From the NCBI GenBank assembly GCA_002352465.1, contig DEIN01000002.1, positions 1 through 48,819 of the forward strand: a stretch of DNA of 48,819 nt, given 5' to 3'. Source of the DNA: Patescibacteria group bacterium UBA2773. Lineage in GTDB: Bacteria > Patescibacteriota > Minisyncoccia > Moranbacterales > DUUL01. The translations under genes were made by a program, and so were the position numbers. Below the pieces are notes generated by a model. The model was not told where the DNA came from. It saw nothing but the letters and a program-made list of their open reading frames with translations, and made no database searches. Shown in pieces: positions 1 to 9,000 of the stretch (positions within the stretch are counted from its first letter, which is position 1; the number at the start of each line of letters is the position of its first letter).

Positions 1-870
1 TTAAAGAGGTACGCGAGCTGGGTTCAAACCGTACAGTAGTTAGAAAGTAAAAAGTAAAAAGTTTTTAAAGTAAAATTTGTAAGAATTAACTTTGTAAACT
101 TTCTTAACTTTATAAACTTTTGACTCTTGTACTGTTTGAACCCGAGAACAAGACAAGACATCATTATGGCGGCATTTATCAGCAATGATAAATGAGAAGC
201 TAACTAATATCGGTGAAATCCTAACAAGAGATTGTGGACAATACCGAGGGAAGTTTTGTTGTAAATTAGATAAGGGTGAAAGCTCTGGTTTGTTTCTAGA
301 AAAGACGTCGCTAGAATCAAATTAACTTTTTGACCTGCATGGCCGTTCTCCTTCGAGAGAATGAAATACCAAGGTCCAATCAAAATTGTCCGAGTCACAA
401 TGAATGTTATTGTGACTCGGACCTCTTATCTAATTTATGACAGACACCCGTAGAGACTAAACGTTAGCCTCCGATTGTTTTTAATCGGAAGGAGTTATAG
501 TCCAATGCACATAGTAATATGTGAATCACAATTAAATTTAGAGACATTTAATTGAGTGTACATGCGTAAGACAGGTTGGTCTCTATCTGCCGTAGGCGTT
601 GTTGTTTGAGGAGATTCTTTCCTAGTACGAGAGGACCGGAAAGAGCTAACCTCTGGTGTACCAGCTGTCACTGCCAAGTGCACTGCTGGGTAGCTATGTT
701 GGTTAGGGATAACTGCTGAAAGCATATAAGCGGGAAGCCCACTCCAAGATAAGACAACCGTTCCGATTTATCGGAACAAAATTTCCTGGTAGACGACCAG
801 GTTGATAGGTTCTAGGTGTAAGTGCAGTAATGCATTGAGCCGAGGAATACTAATAAATTTAGGAGTACCC
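1..870 (+). rRNA. rrl: 23S rRNA, 3' part (exons 1-32 and 565-~870), interrupted by an intron
   Basis: TTAAAGAGGTACGCGAGCTGGGTTCAAACCGT joins CGTAAGACAGGTTGGTCTCTATCTGCCGTAGGCG; sarcin-ricin loop AGTACGAGAGGACC near 624-637; 3' end approximate. Confidence 0.97.
33..564 (+). ncRNA. Group I intron at 23S position equivalent to E. coli 2593, no homing endonuclease ORF
   Basis: Follows exon U32 and ends in G564; core-like elements ATCGGTGAAATCCTAA, AATACCGAGGGAAG, CCCGTAGAGACTAAACG, TTATAGTCC; no long ORF. Confidence 0.9.
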
Positions 871-1321
871 ACTTTTTCTCTTTGATAATCATTTTAAAAC
901 GTTCGCGTTTCTAATGTGGTTATTAATGAGATTCCGACTGGCAATTAACAGTGATTGATTTAGGTTTGTAAAAACCTTGATTTAAAAACTGAAAAAGTTT
1001 AGACTTTAGTTATATTACAAAATTAGAAAAGATGCGATTTAAAATTTAACCCAATCGACTATTTTCAGTCGTAAAAGGTTTTATTTTGTCAAATAGGGGG
1101 TGTTTTTAATTTCGATTTAAATTCCTGAAAATATGATTAAAAATAGCACGTTTCAATTGTTTTTGATGATATTCGGAGTGATGATATTTTGTGCTTTTGT
1201 GCTATTATTTTCAGCTCCAGTAATCAAAGCTTTCTAATTGAAAATTAATTTAATATTTTTTTAAAAAAAGATATTTGAAAAATTTCAGTACATTTACATT
1301 ATTTAATATTTGAATTTATAG

Positions 1322-1433
1322 TTCTTGGTATTTATAGCGACGGGGTAACACCTGATTCCATCTCGAACTCAGCAGTTAAGACTGTCTGCGCCGATGGTAG
1401 CCTTTACCGGTGAGAGTAGGTCGATGCCAAGAA
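1322..1433 (+). rRNA. rrf: 5S rRNA
   Basis: Terminal stem TTCTTGGT/GCCAAGAA, CACCTGATTCCATCTCGAACTCAGCAGTTAAG, GCCGATGGTAG, GAGAGTAGGTCG. Confidence 0.95.
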
Positions 1434-1468
1434 CCATGAATTCAAATTTCGATACGATGTAATTTTAC

Positions 1469-1492
1469 AAAAACCGTCCAAGCGGTTTTTTA
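1469..1492 (+). terminator. Intrinsic terminator of rRNA operon
   Basis: AAAAACCG-TCCAAG-CGGTTTTTT after 5S. Confidence 0.7.
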
Positions 1493-1542
1493 TGTTTGTC
1501 TATTTGTTCATATTTAGTTAGAATGAAAATATAATTAATTCA

Positions 1543-2421
1543 GTGATAAAAATAATGATGGAAAGAATTCCAAGTAAAGACTATGGAAAAAATAAAGCAG
1601 AAAAGTTTAAAGATGAAAATGAGGTTTATTTACCGTCAGAATTGTCTCGTTTAGTGAGTGCTGATAGTATTCAAAAAAATGTAAAAAATTATCCCGAGAT
1701 GATTAGAGATTTAACAGAAATTCAAAAAGAAAGGGTGGATAAAATAAAAAATATTTTAACAAAAATACCCTTGATTCATACTTCATCTAATGAGCAAATT
1801 GCGAAAGGGGTTTCGGACATTATTCCTTTGGATGAATTGCCGAATGATCATCGAGGACATTCGTATAAAAGCGATAGAAGCTTGGGTTTAACGAAATACG
1901 TTTTTTTAAATTGGGGAATGTCTGACAGGGGTCATTGCTATGGAAAATTTGTTTCTAAATTTTCAACAAATTTATTAGATGATGAACGAACTATTGTAAC
2001 CCCAATGGATATTGGTCAAATAGTATTGGCAGATGAATATTCATTTGATGAACTTGAATTAGAAAAAAAGCAACGCATAGAAGACTATTATTTTAAATAT
2101 ATAGTAAGCGGAAAGGCGTGGAAAGAAATAATTGCTCGGCGTGTTTTAAAAGAATTGGAGGCTGGAAAACATTTTTTTTTGCTTAATAGTTCTTATTCTT
2201 TGGGCGAAATTAAGCATTATGGTTCAGTTGACGCTAAAAATTTCATTGGATCTTTTCCTGTCTCAGATTTAAGAGAAAATTTTCGTTTTTTATATGAGCA
2301 TGGCTTTGCTTTTGACAATGTAGAGACTGAAGGTGTTGAAAATAGAAAACGTATTTATGAGCAATGTAAAATAGATTACAAAAAAGCTAGTGGTTTTTGG
2401 AAAAATAAATTAAAATTATAG
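1543..2421 (+). CDS. Hypothetical protein
   Basis: 292-aa ORF in AT-rich DNA; no recognised motif. Confidence 0.7.
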   Translation: MIKIMMERIPSKDYGKNKAEKFKDENEVYLPSELSRLVSADSIQKNVKNYPEMIRDLTEIQKERVDKIKNILTKIPLIHTSSNEQIAKGVSDIIPLDELPNDHRGHSYKSDRSLGLTKYVFLNWGMSDRGHCYGKFVSKFSTNLLDDERTIVTPMDIGQIVLADEYSFDELELEKKQRIEDYYFKYIVSGKAWKEIIARRVLKELEAGKHFFLLNSSYSLGEIKHYGSVDAKNFIGSFPVSDLRENFRFLYEHGFAFDNVETEGVENRKRIYEQCKIDYKKASGFWKNKLKL

Positions 2422-2423
2422 AT

Positions 2424-2724
2424 ATGAATATAAAAGATTTTCAAAAAAACATCAGCTGAAATTGTTGAAAAAATAGATAAAAAATATCAAATTAAGCGAA
2501 ATCCTCAGCTCAATTTTACTCAATTAATGGAAGAAATCGGTGAACTAACAAGAGCTCTTAATCGTCCAAAGCTAAGAAACAAAAAATTAGACCAAGAAAA
2601 TTTAAATGATGGATTTGCAGATGTTTTTATTTTGTTGGCAATTTTAACCAAAATGCATAATATTGATTTTGAAAAAGCCGTCAAAACCAAGATTAAAAAA
2701 TTAGAATTAAAACACAAACTTTAG
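2424..2724 (+). pseudogene. MazG-like nucleotide pyrophosphohydrolase, frameshifted in an A7 run
   Basis: MNIKDFQK from ATG 2424; removing one A at 2443-2449 joins to TSAEIVEKID...LMEEIGEL...DGFADVFILL (MazG-type EExxE...xxD). Confidence 0.75.
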
Positions 2725-2795
2725 CAATTATTTTAATTTGTAATTTTTAATAATTTCTGGTATTGTTTAAATATAAATTAGAAATTTAATAAAAA

Positions 2796-3620
2796 ATGGA
2801 AGCAAGAGATATCAAAAGAAATTTGGTGTTGTTAATTTTTGCAGCTTTACTTGGTGCCGTTATTTGTGGTATTTATTTTTTTCTAAAACCGCAGGCTACT
2901 TGTGACGATGGGATCAAAAATCAATTAGAAGAAAAAATCGATTGCGGTGGTCCTTGTAGTCCTTGTGAAGAAACTTTTGAGATTCAAGAGCTTAGCGTAA
3001 AGAAAATCGAATGGGTTGATACGGCTACTGATAAATTTGATGTAGTAGCGACAATTGAAAATCCTAATAGTTTTTTTGGGGCTTCAATTCTTCGCTATAA
3101 GCTAAAATATCTTGATCGAAATAATCAAATTATTGGAGAAACGGCCTGGTTTAAGGACTTTATTTTGCCCAAACAAGAAAAATATCTTTTAGCGCAAGAA
3201 CTTGAAGCGCCAACTGATCTAGCTAAAGTTGAAGTAGAGTTGGGTGAAGTAATTTGGAAAAAATTTACCGCACAACAACAAAATCCACGATTAGAAACCA
3301 TTATGACTGAATTTTCTAATTCTTTTCAAAAAGACCCCAGCGGTTTTTATCGGGTGACGGGAACGTTGATCAATGAAAGCCCAATTGATTGTGAAACTAT
3401 TAAGATTAAAGTGGTCTTGAGAAATGAGCAAAATCGTCTTTTGGCTACTAATTCTCAAGTGCTAAACACAATTCGTTCCAAAGAACAACGAGATTTTAAT
3501 TTGCCTTTTCCTTCTGACTATAATATGAACGAGGTGACAAAGGTTGAAATCAAACCTGAGACTAACATTTTTCATTCTGATAATTTAGTGAATTTTTATG
3601 GAATAATTAGTGATAGATAA
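2796..3620 (+). CDS. Membrane-anchored protein with Cys motif TCxDGIKNQxEExIDCGGPC and Ig-like (FxLYD-like) domains
   Basis: N-terminal TM helix, Cys motif, beta-rich repeats; this architecture is common in CPR. Confidence 0.75.
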   Translation: MEARDIKRNLVLLIFAALLGAVICGIYFFLKPQATCDDGIKNQLEEKIDCGGPCSPCEETFEIQELSVKKIEWVDTATDKFDVVATIENPNSFFGASILRYKLKYLDRNNQIIGETAWFKDFILPKQEKYLLAQELEAPTDLAKVEVELGEVIWKKFTAQQQNPRLETIMTEFSNSFQKDPSGFYRVTGTLINESPIDCETIKIKVVLRNEQNRLLATNSQVLNTIRSKEQRDFNLPFPSDYNMNEVTKVEIKPETNIFHSDNLVNFYGIISDR

Positions 3621-3664
3621 GAGTCGGAAAAATAGAATTGAAATTAAGAAATTGGTGTCTGGAT

Positions 3665-3693
3665 TTGACAACTGGTCAATCTAGTTGTATAAT
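3665..3693 (+). promoter_or_regulatory. Sigma70 promoter for secE-nusG-rplK
   Basis: TTGACA-17 nt-TATAAT, perfect consensus. Confidence 0.8.
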
Positions 3694-3763
3694 AGACTCG
3701 ATAGTAATTAGCCGAAAGGCTGTTTTTAAATACTGAAAAAATAAAGCATTATTTTAAAATCCA

Positions 3764-3946
3764 ATGAATAAAATTATAAGTTTTGTTAAGGAAGCTCGAG
3801 CAGAACTTCAAAAAGTAAGTTGGCCCAGCAAGGACCAGACTATTAAATATACTGGAATTGTGATTGGGGTTAGTTTAGCAACAGCTTTGTTTTTGGGCGT
3901 GTTGGATTTGCTTTTTTCAGTGGGAGTAGGGGAACTCATTGTATAG
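3764..3946 (+). CDS. secE: Preprotein translocase SecE
   Basis: ELQKVSWPS motif plus TM helix, upstream of nusG. Confidence 0.95.
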   Translation: MNKIISFVKEARAELQKVSWPSKDQTIKYTGIVIGVSLATALFLGVLDLLFSVGVGELIV

Positions 3947-3991
3947 ATAAAGTTTTTTACAAAGATACTTTTAATAAATAAATTTGATAAT

Positions 3992-4537
3992 ATGGCAAAG
4001 CAAGTTCAAAATCGAGGTAGAGCTTGGTATGTTCTTCACACTTATAGCGGTTATGAAGATAATGTAGCGCGAAATTTGGAACAACGGATTGAATCGATGG
4101 AAATGCAGGAAAAGATTTTCAAAGTAATGGTTCCCAAGGAAAAGAAAATCAAGATTAAAAATGGAAAACGATGCACTGTTGAAGAAAAGATTTTTCCTGG
4201 ATATGTTTTAGTTGAAATGGATGTGACTGATGAATCTTGGTATGTTGTTCGGAATACTCCTAATGTTACCGGTTTTATTGGACTAGGAACAACTCCAACT
4301 CCTGTTGATCCAAAAGAAATGGGAGTTATTGAAAAACGAGATAAAAAAGATGAAGCAAAATATAATGTTGATGTTGAGATTGGAGAAATTATTAAAGTGG
4401 TGGATGGTCCTTTCAAGGGCTATGATAGCAAAATTGAAAGCATGGATATTGATCGAGGGAAGGTGAGTGTTTTGGTGAATATTTTTGGAAGAGAAACGCC
4501 CGTGGAGCTTGACTTTCTCCAAATAAAAAAGATCTAG
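3992..4537 (+). CDS. nusG: Transcription factor NusG
   Basis: WYVLHTYSGYE, FPGYVLVEM, KOW motif, IFGRETPVEL. Confidence 0.98.
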   Translation: MAKQVQNRGRAWYVLHTYSGYEDNVARNLEQRIESMEMQEKIFKVMVPKEKKIKIKNGKRCTVEEKIFPGYVLVEMDVTDESWYVVRNTPNVTGFIGLGTTPTPVDPKEMGVIEKRDKKDEAKYNVDVEIGEIIKVVDGPFKGYDSKIESMDIDRGKVSVLVNIFGRETPVELDFLQIKKI

Positions 4538-4539
4538 AG

Positions 4540-4660
4540 AAAGTTCGCTGGTTTGGCACATTTCTTTGTCGACTCCTGCACTACTCGCTCGATGAACCAT
4601 TAAGTTCATCTCGCTCGGTGCTCGGATTCTCCTCGAACTGCACTCAAACCAACAAACTTT
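4540..4660. repeat. GC-richer structured intergenic element with imperfect terminal inverted repeats
   Basis: AAAGTTCGCTGGTTTG...CAAACCAACAAACTTT ends; internal GATGAAC/GTTCATC stem; degenerate relative near 23985-24060. Confidence 0.5.
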
Positions 4661-4710
4661 TGATGTATGGATTAATTATAAATAAGATTTATTAAATTAA
4701 TAATAATAAA

Positions 4711-5139
4711 ATGGCAGAAAAAACAGTGAAAACAGTTATTAAACTTCAAATAAAAGCCGGACAAGCAAATCCAGCGCCTCCGGTTGGTCCTGCTTTAGGG
4801 CAACATGGTTTGAATATTCAAGATTTTTGTCTTCAATTTAATAACGCTACTAAGGAAATGCAAGGGGATTTGATCCCAGTGGAAATCAGTGTTTATGAAG
4901 ATCGAAGTTTTGATTTTAAATTAAAAACTTCACCGGCTTCAGAACTTTTAAAAAAAGCCGCTGGAATTAAAAAAGGAGCTGCCAATCCTTTGACTGATAA
5001 AGCGGGAGCTGTTAGTCAAAAACAAATTCAAGAAATCGCTGAAACTAAAATGGCAGACTTGAATGCTAATGATATTGAAGCAGCTAGCAAAATTGTGGCT
5101 GGAACAGCAAGATCGATGGGAATTAAAGTAGAGAACTAA
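4711..5139 (+). CDS. rplK: 50S ribosomal protein L11
   Basis: [23 protein letters not shown]. Confidence 0.98.
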   Translation: MAEKTVKTVIKLQIKAGQANPAPPVGPALGQHGLNIQDFCLQFNNATKEMQGDLIPVEISVYEDRSFDFKLKTSPASELLKKAAGIKKGAANPLTDKAGAVSQKQIQEIAETKMADLNANDIEAASKIVAGTARSMGIKVEN

Positions 5140-5146
5140 AGTTTTT

Positions 5147-5302
5147 TAAGACACAAGGATACAAGGACACAAGAAACAAACAAATTCCAAATTAGAAATT
5201 AAAAATATCAATTTTTTTAAAACCGAAGGTTTTTCGTTTTTAATTTGAGTTTTTCAATTTCTGATTTGTTTGTATCTTGTGTCCTTAAAATTTGTGTTCT
5301 TA
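5147..5302. repeat. ~155-bp palindromic element, copy A
   Basis: ACAAGGACACAAGAAACAAACAAATT left arm, complementary right arm, central AAAACCGAAGGTTTT. Confidence 0.85.
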
Positions 5303-5357
5303 TTTCTAGGAATGTGTTATATTGTTTAAGAAATTGATTCATTGAAAAATTTGACTA

Positions 5358-5385
5358 TGTCATTCCCGCGGAGGCGGGAATCCAG
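5358..5385. repeat. REP/dRS3-like palindrome
   Basis: TGTCATTCCCGCGGAGGCGGGAATCCAG fits ATTCCC-N8-GGGAAT. Confidence 0.7.
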
Positions 5386-5432
5386 AAGTTCGGTCATTAC
5401 TAACTGTTAATTGTTTATTGTTAATTGATCAT

Positions 5433-5503
5433 GCGGGTGTCGTATAGTGGTAATACGAAGCTCTCCAAAAGCTTTAACGGGGGTTCGATTCCCTCCACCC
5501 GTG
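5433..5503 (+). tRNA. tRNA-Trp (CCA)
   Basis: Acceptor GCGGGTG/CACCCGT, anticodon arm AAGCT-CTCCAAA-AGCTT, T loop GGTTCGATTCC, discriminator G; CCA end not encoded. Confidence 0.93.
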
Positions 5504-5515
5504 CATTTTGAGAAT

Positions 5516-5555
5516 AGAACCAAAAAAGGCCTTTAAAAGGCCTTTTTTTGGTTCT
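5516..5555 (+). terminator. Terminator-like palindrome after tRNA-Trp
   Basis: AGAACCAAAAAAGGCC...GGCCTTTTTTTGGTTCT. Confidence 0.65.
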
Positions 5556-5801
5556 GACTTTTTGTTTGTGTTTGGGTAGTTGGAGCTGCAATTTTTGATG
5601 ATAGTATTGAAAAATATATTCTAATAATCAGTTTAAGTTCTCTCCCTGTTTCTTTGATTACTGGAATAATTGCTGGGTTTTTAAATGTAAAGAAAAATAA
5701 AAATTATATTTTAGTATATCTTCCTTTGTTGTATTTAATTTTATTTTTAATAAGTCTTATTATTGTTTAGTCCTAGCTTGGTTGACTTTGAACTACTTTA
5801 A

Positions 5802-6029
5802 AAAGTTTTATCATTTAAGGTTGGATTAAGAAAACCTGACCAGAAAATTTTTGAGGAAGTTGTTAGAAGATCTGGTTGTTCGATTGAAGAATGTTTGTTT
5901 ATCGATGATCAAGAAAAAAACTTAAAACCATTTAATTCGTTGGGTGGCAATACTATTCAATATAATTGTCAAAAAAATAGTATTTCAGAATTGAAGAACG
6001 CTTTATCAAAATATAATGTTTTTATTTAA
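5802..6029 (+). pseudogene. C-terminal fragment of a HAD-family hydrolase
   Basis: LSFKVGLRKPDQKIF...CLFIDDQEKN (HAD motifs III and IV); no start codon, in-frame stop just upstream. Confidence 0.7.
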
Positions 6030-6480
6030 ATAATCGAGGTATTCAATATTCGGAATCTCGATATCTTCATTTTTTTCCTCAAAAAAAGTTTTAATCCTAG
6101 GCTGTCTTTTCCGAACTTGTGTGGTGTAAAATCCAATTTAGGATATTTTTTGGGGTGTGGTATGATAGGGGGGTTGGTTTATCTTGATGTTATTAGGAGA
6201 CATATTAATATTATAGAAAGGATAATAAAAAGATAGCGGTAAATTGATGACAAAAAATTTTTTCAACTGTTGACTCGTAAATTTCCTAATTGGCAAAAAG
6301 TAAAAGAAGAATTAGAATTAAGGTTTATTTGAATTTACGTAATTGATTACTTACCTGAAGATTATGAGTAAAAAAATAAATTTTTATTCAAAATAGGACT
6401 GTTTTTAATCACAGTTTTGTGATAAAATAGGATTAAAGTAAAATAAAAAATTAAATTAATCAATTAATATTTTTAAAATT

Positions 6481-6810
6481 ATGAAAATTGCAATTAGTTC
6501 TGTTGGCGATAGTTTAGATTCGCAAGTGGCGGATGTTTTTGGTCGTTGTCTTTATTTTATAATCGTAGAAATAGAAGATGGGAAAATTATCAAAACAGGA
6601 GTGTTAAAAAATGAAAACGAAAGTCAACAAAGTGGTGCGGGAATTGCTACTTCTCAATTGATGGTGGATGAAAAAATAGAAACAGTTATTGCTAAAAATA
6701 TTGGACCGAAAGCCGATGATGTTCTTAAGCAATTTAAAATTGAAGTTTATAATGCAGATGGTTCAATTAAGGAGGCTATAGATAGTTTTATTGCTAAAAA
6801 TAATAAATAA
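6481..6810 (+). CDS. NifB/NifX-family (FeMo-cofactor-binding fold) protein
   Basis: MKIAI...FGRCLYF...GAGI...IGPKA. Confidence 0.9.
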   Translation: MKIAISSVGDSLDSQVADVFGRCLYFIIVEIEDGKIIKTGVLKNENESQQSGAGIATSQLMVDEKIETVIAKNIGPKADDVLKQFKIEVYNADGSIKEAIDSFIAKNNK

Positions 6811-6813
6811 TTT

Positions 6814-7173
6814 ATGAAAATTGTTATCCCGACCGATGGTCGTCAAGGATTAGGAGAAAAAATAGCTAAACATTTTGGTCGATGTAATACTTATACTTTT
6901 GTTGATGAAAATGGAAAAATATTGGAAATTATTGATAATACCAGTAGACATATGAAGGGGGCTGGACTTCCACCTGAATTAATAAAAAAACATGGAGTGG
7001 ATATTTTATTATGTCATGAACTTGGTCCACGAGCTTTAACTTTGTGTAAGGAATTAGGAATTGAAATTTATTGTGATGTCGCTCAAACTGTTGGAGGGAT
7101 TTTTGAAAAGTGGAAAAACGATAAACTTAAAAAAGCAACAGCAGAAGATGTTTGTGAAGAACATAAAAAATGA
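6814..7173 (+). CDS. NifB/NifX-family protein
   Basis: MKIVIP...HFGRC...LGPRA. Confidence 0.88.
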   Translation: MKIVIPTDGRQGLGEKIAKHFGRCNTYTFVDENGKILEIIDNTSRHMKGAGLPPELIKKHGVDILLCHELGPRALTLCKELGIEIYCDVAQTVGGIFEKWKNDKLKKATAEDVCEEHKK

Positions 7174-7284
7174 AAATTAAAATTAAAATAGATAGGTTAA
7201 TTGTTGAGGGTGGTTTAGTCGGAATGGTTTAAATTATTATGGTCAAAAAATTATTCTGAAAAATAATAATGCTAATCAGAAAAA

Positions 7285-8118
7285 ATGAAAATTGCAATTA
7301 CAGGAGGCAAAGGGGGAACAGGCAAATCTACGATAGCAGTGGCGTTAGCAACTGTCTTGGCTAAAGATAAAAAAGTTTTGTTAATTGATGCCGATGTTGA
7401 TTGTCCGGGTGATGATCTTTTATTGGGAATGAAATTGGAAAAATTAGCTGATGTTGAAAGTATGATTCCAGCTTTTGATTTTAAGAAATGTATTCAATGT
7501 GGAAAATGTGCACAAAATTGTCCAGAACAGGCTATTGTTTTTACCAAAGGAAGAAATCCGATTTTTATTGCTGATCAATGTATCGGTTGCCGAGCTTGTA
7601 AAATTGTTTGTCCGACGAGAGCTATTAGTGAGTCTAAGCAAATTATTGGGGAAATTTTTATTGCTAAAAAAGCCAATTTGACTGTTCTTTCGGGTAGAAT
7701 GAAACCAGGTGTTGAGGAATCTAGTCTGGTGGTAAATGCGGTGAAAAAAGAAATGGAAAAAGATATAAAGAATTTCGATTATATTATTATTGATACGGCA
7801 GCTGGTACGCATTGTCCAGTGATTGCAGCTCTTTCTGGGAGTGACTTGGCTTTGGCAGTTACTGAACCAACTCCACTTGGTGCGCATGATTTGGATCTAA
7901 TCTTGATGCTTACTGAAAAATTAAAAGTAAAAACAAAAGTAATTCTTAATCGTTTTAATATTGGATTGGAAAATATTGTTCAGAAAGTAGTAAAAGAACA
8001 TCAAACGGAAATTATTGCTAAAATTCCCTATAGCCAAGAGATTGAGAAAAATTATTGTGCTGGAAATCCGATTGAGCATCAAGCTATTGAAAAAATAATT
8101 AAATGGATAAAAAAATGA
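7285..8118 (+). CDS. MinD-superfamily P-loop ATPase with inserted 2x[4Fe-4S] ferredoxin domain
   Basis: GGKGGTGKST, two CxxCxxCxxxCP motifs, VTEPTP. Confidence 0.92.
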   Translation: MKIAITGGKGGTGKSTIAVALATVLAKDKKVLLIDADVDCPGDDLLLGMKLEKLADVESMIPAFDFKKCIQCGKCAQNCPEQAIVFTKGRNPIFIADQCIGCRACKIVCPTRAISESKQIIGEIFIAKKANLTVLSGRMKPGVEESSLVVNAVKKEMEKDIKNFDYIIIDTAAGTHCPVIAALSGSDLALAVTEPTPLGAHDLDLILMLTEKLKVKTKVILNRFNIGLENIVQKVVKEHQTEIIAKIPYSQEIEKNYCAGNPIEHQAIEKIIKWIKK

Positions 8119-8996
8119 AAACTATAACTGTTTTATCAGGTAAGGGGGGCGTTGGCAAAAGCACGATTTCTGCTTCGTTGGCGGTTTTGTTATCTCAAAA
8201 AAATCGGATAGTGACTGCAGATTGCGATGTAGATGCGTCTAATTTGGCTTTGCTTTTTGGAATGAAAAAATTGAAAAATCTCCAAAAAATTTCTACTAAT
8301 TTTAAGGCTTTTGTGAATAAAAATGCCAAAGATTGTCAAAAAATTGTTGATAATTGTGCTTTTTCGGCTATTTCTTGGGATGAAAAAAAGCAATTGCCAA
8401 GAATAAATAAATTTTTATGTGAAGGGTGTGGTGTTTGTCGGCTTTTGTGTCCAGAAGGAATTACTTTAGAGAAGGTGAAAAATGCTACGATTGGGGAAGG
8501 GCAAACAAGATATGGTTTTCCAATTATTTCTGGTCAAGTAGAAATGGGAGAGTCTGGTAGCGGAAAAGTAGTGAGTGTGGTTAAAGAAAGAGCGGAAAAA
8601 ATAGCCTTTGAAAGAAAAGCTGATTATTTGATTGTGGATGGAGCACCAGGAATAGGTTGTCCGGTGGTTGCTTCGATTAGAGGAAACGATTATATTTTAG
8701 CGGTGACTGAACCAACACCAACAGCTTTTCGTGCTTTACAAAGAGTTCTGCAAGTAGTTGAACACTTTGGAATAGATTATGGTATTATTATAAACAAGTG
8801 GGATTTGAATAAAAAATTTGTGGCAAAAATTGAAAAATTTGCTCAGAAAAAAAAGGTTAAAGTTATTTCCAAAATTCCTTATAGCCGAGATTTTGTTGAT
8901 GCGATGATTAAGATGAAGCCAGTAGTTGAAACTAATCTGGAATATAAAATATTATTTCAAAATATTATTAAGCAAATTAATCAAATTAAAAAATAG
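8115..8996 (+). CDS. MinD-superfamily P-loop ATPase with ferredoxin insert (paralogue)
   Basis: SGKGGVGKST, CEGCGVCRLLCP, DGAPGIGCPV; first Cys motif degenerate; ATGA overlap with upstream stop. Confidence 0.92.
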   Translation: MKTITVLSGKGGVGKSTISASLAVLLSQKNRIVTADCDVDASNLALLFGMKKLKNLQKISTNFKAFVNKNAKDCQKIVDNCAFSAISWDEKKQLPRINKFLCEGCGVCRLLCPEGITLEKVKNATIGEGQTRYGFPIISGQVEMGESGSGKVVSVVKERAEKIAFERKADYLIVDGAPGIGCPVVASIRGNDYILAVTEPTPTAFRALQRVLQVVEHFGIDYGIIINKWDLNKKFVAKIEKFAQKKKVKVISKIPYSRDFVDAMIKMKPVVETNLEYKILFQNIIKQINQIKK

Positions 8997-9000
8997 CAAA

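Noticed and set aside
204-725. Minus-strand ORFs of 64 and 76 aa
   Set aside because: Antisense to the intron and 23S rRNA; no homing endonuclease motif.
6481-8996. Nitrogen fixation
   Set aside because: Only NifX-fold and MinD-type proteins; no nifHDK.
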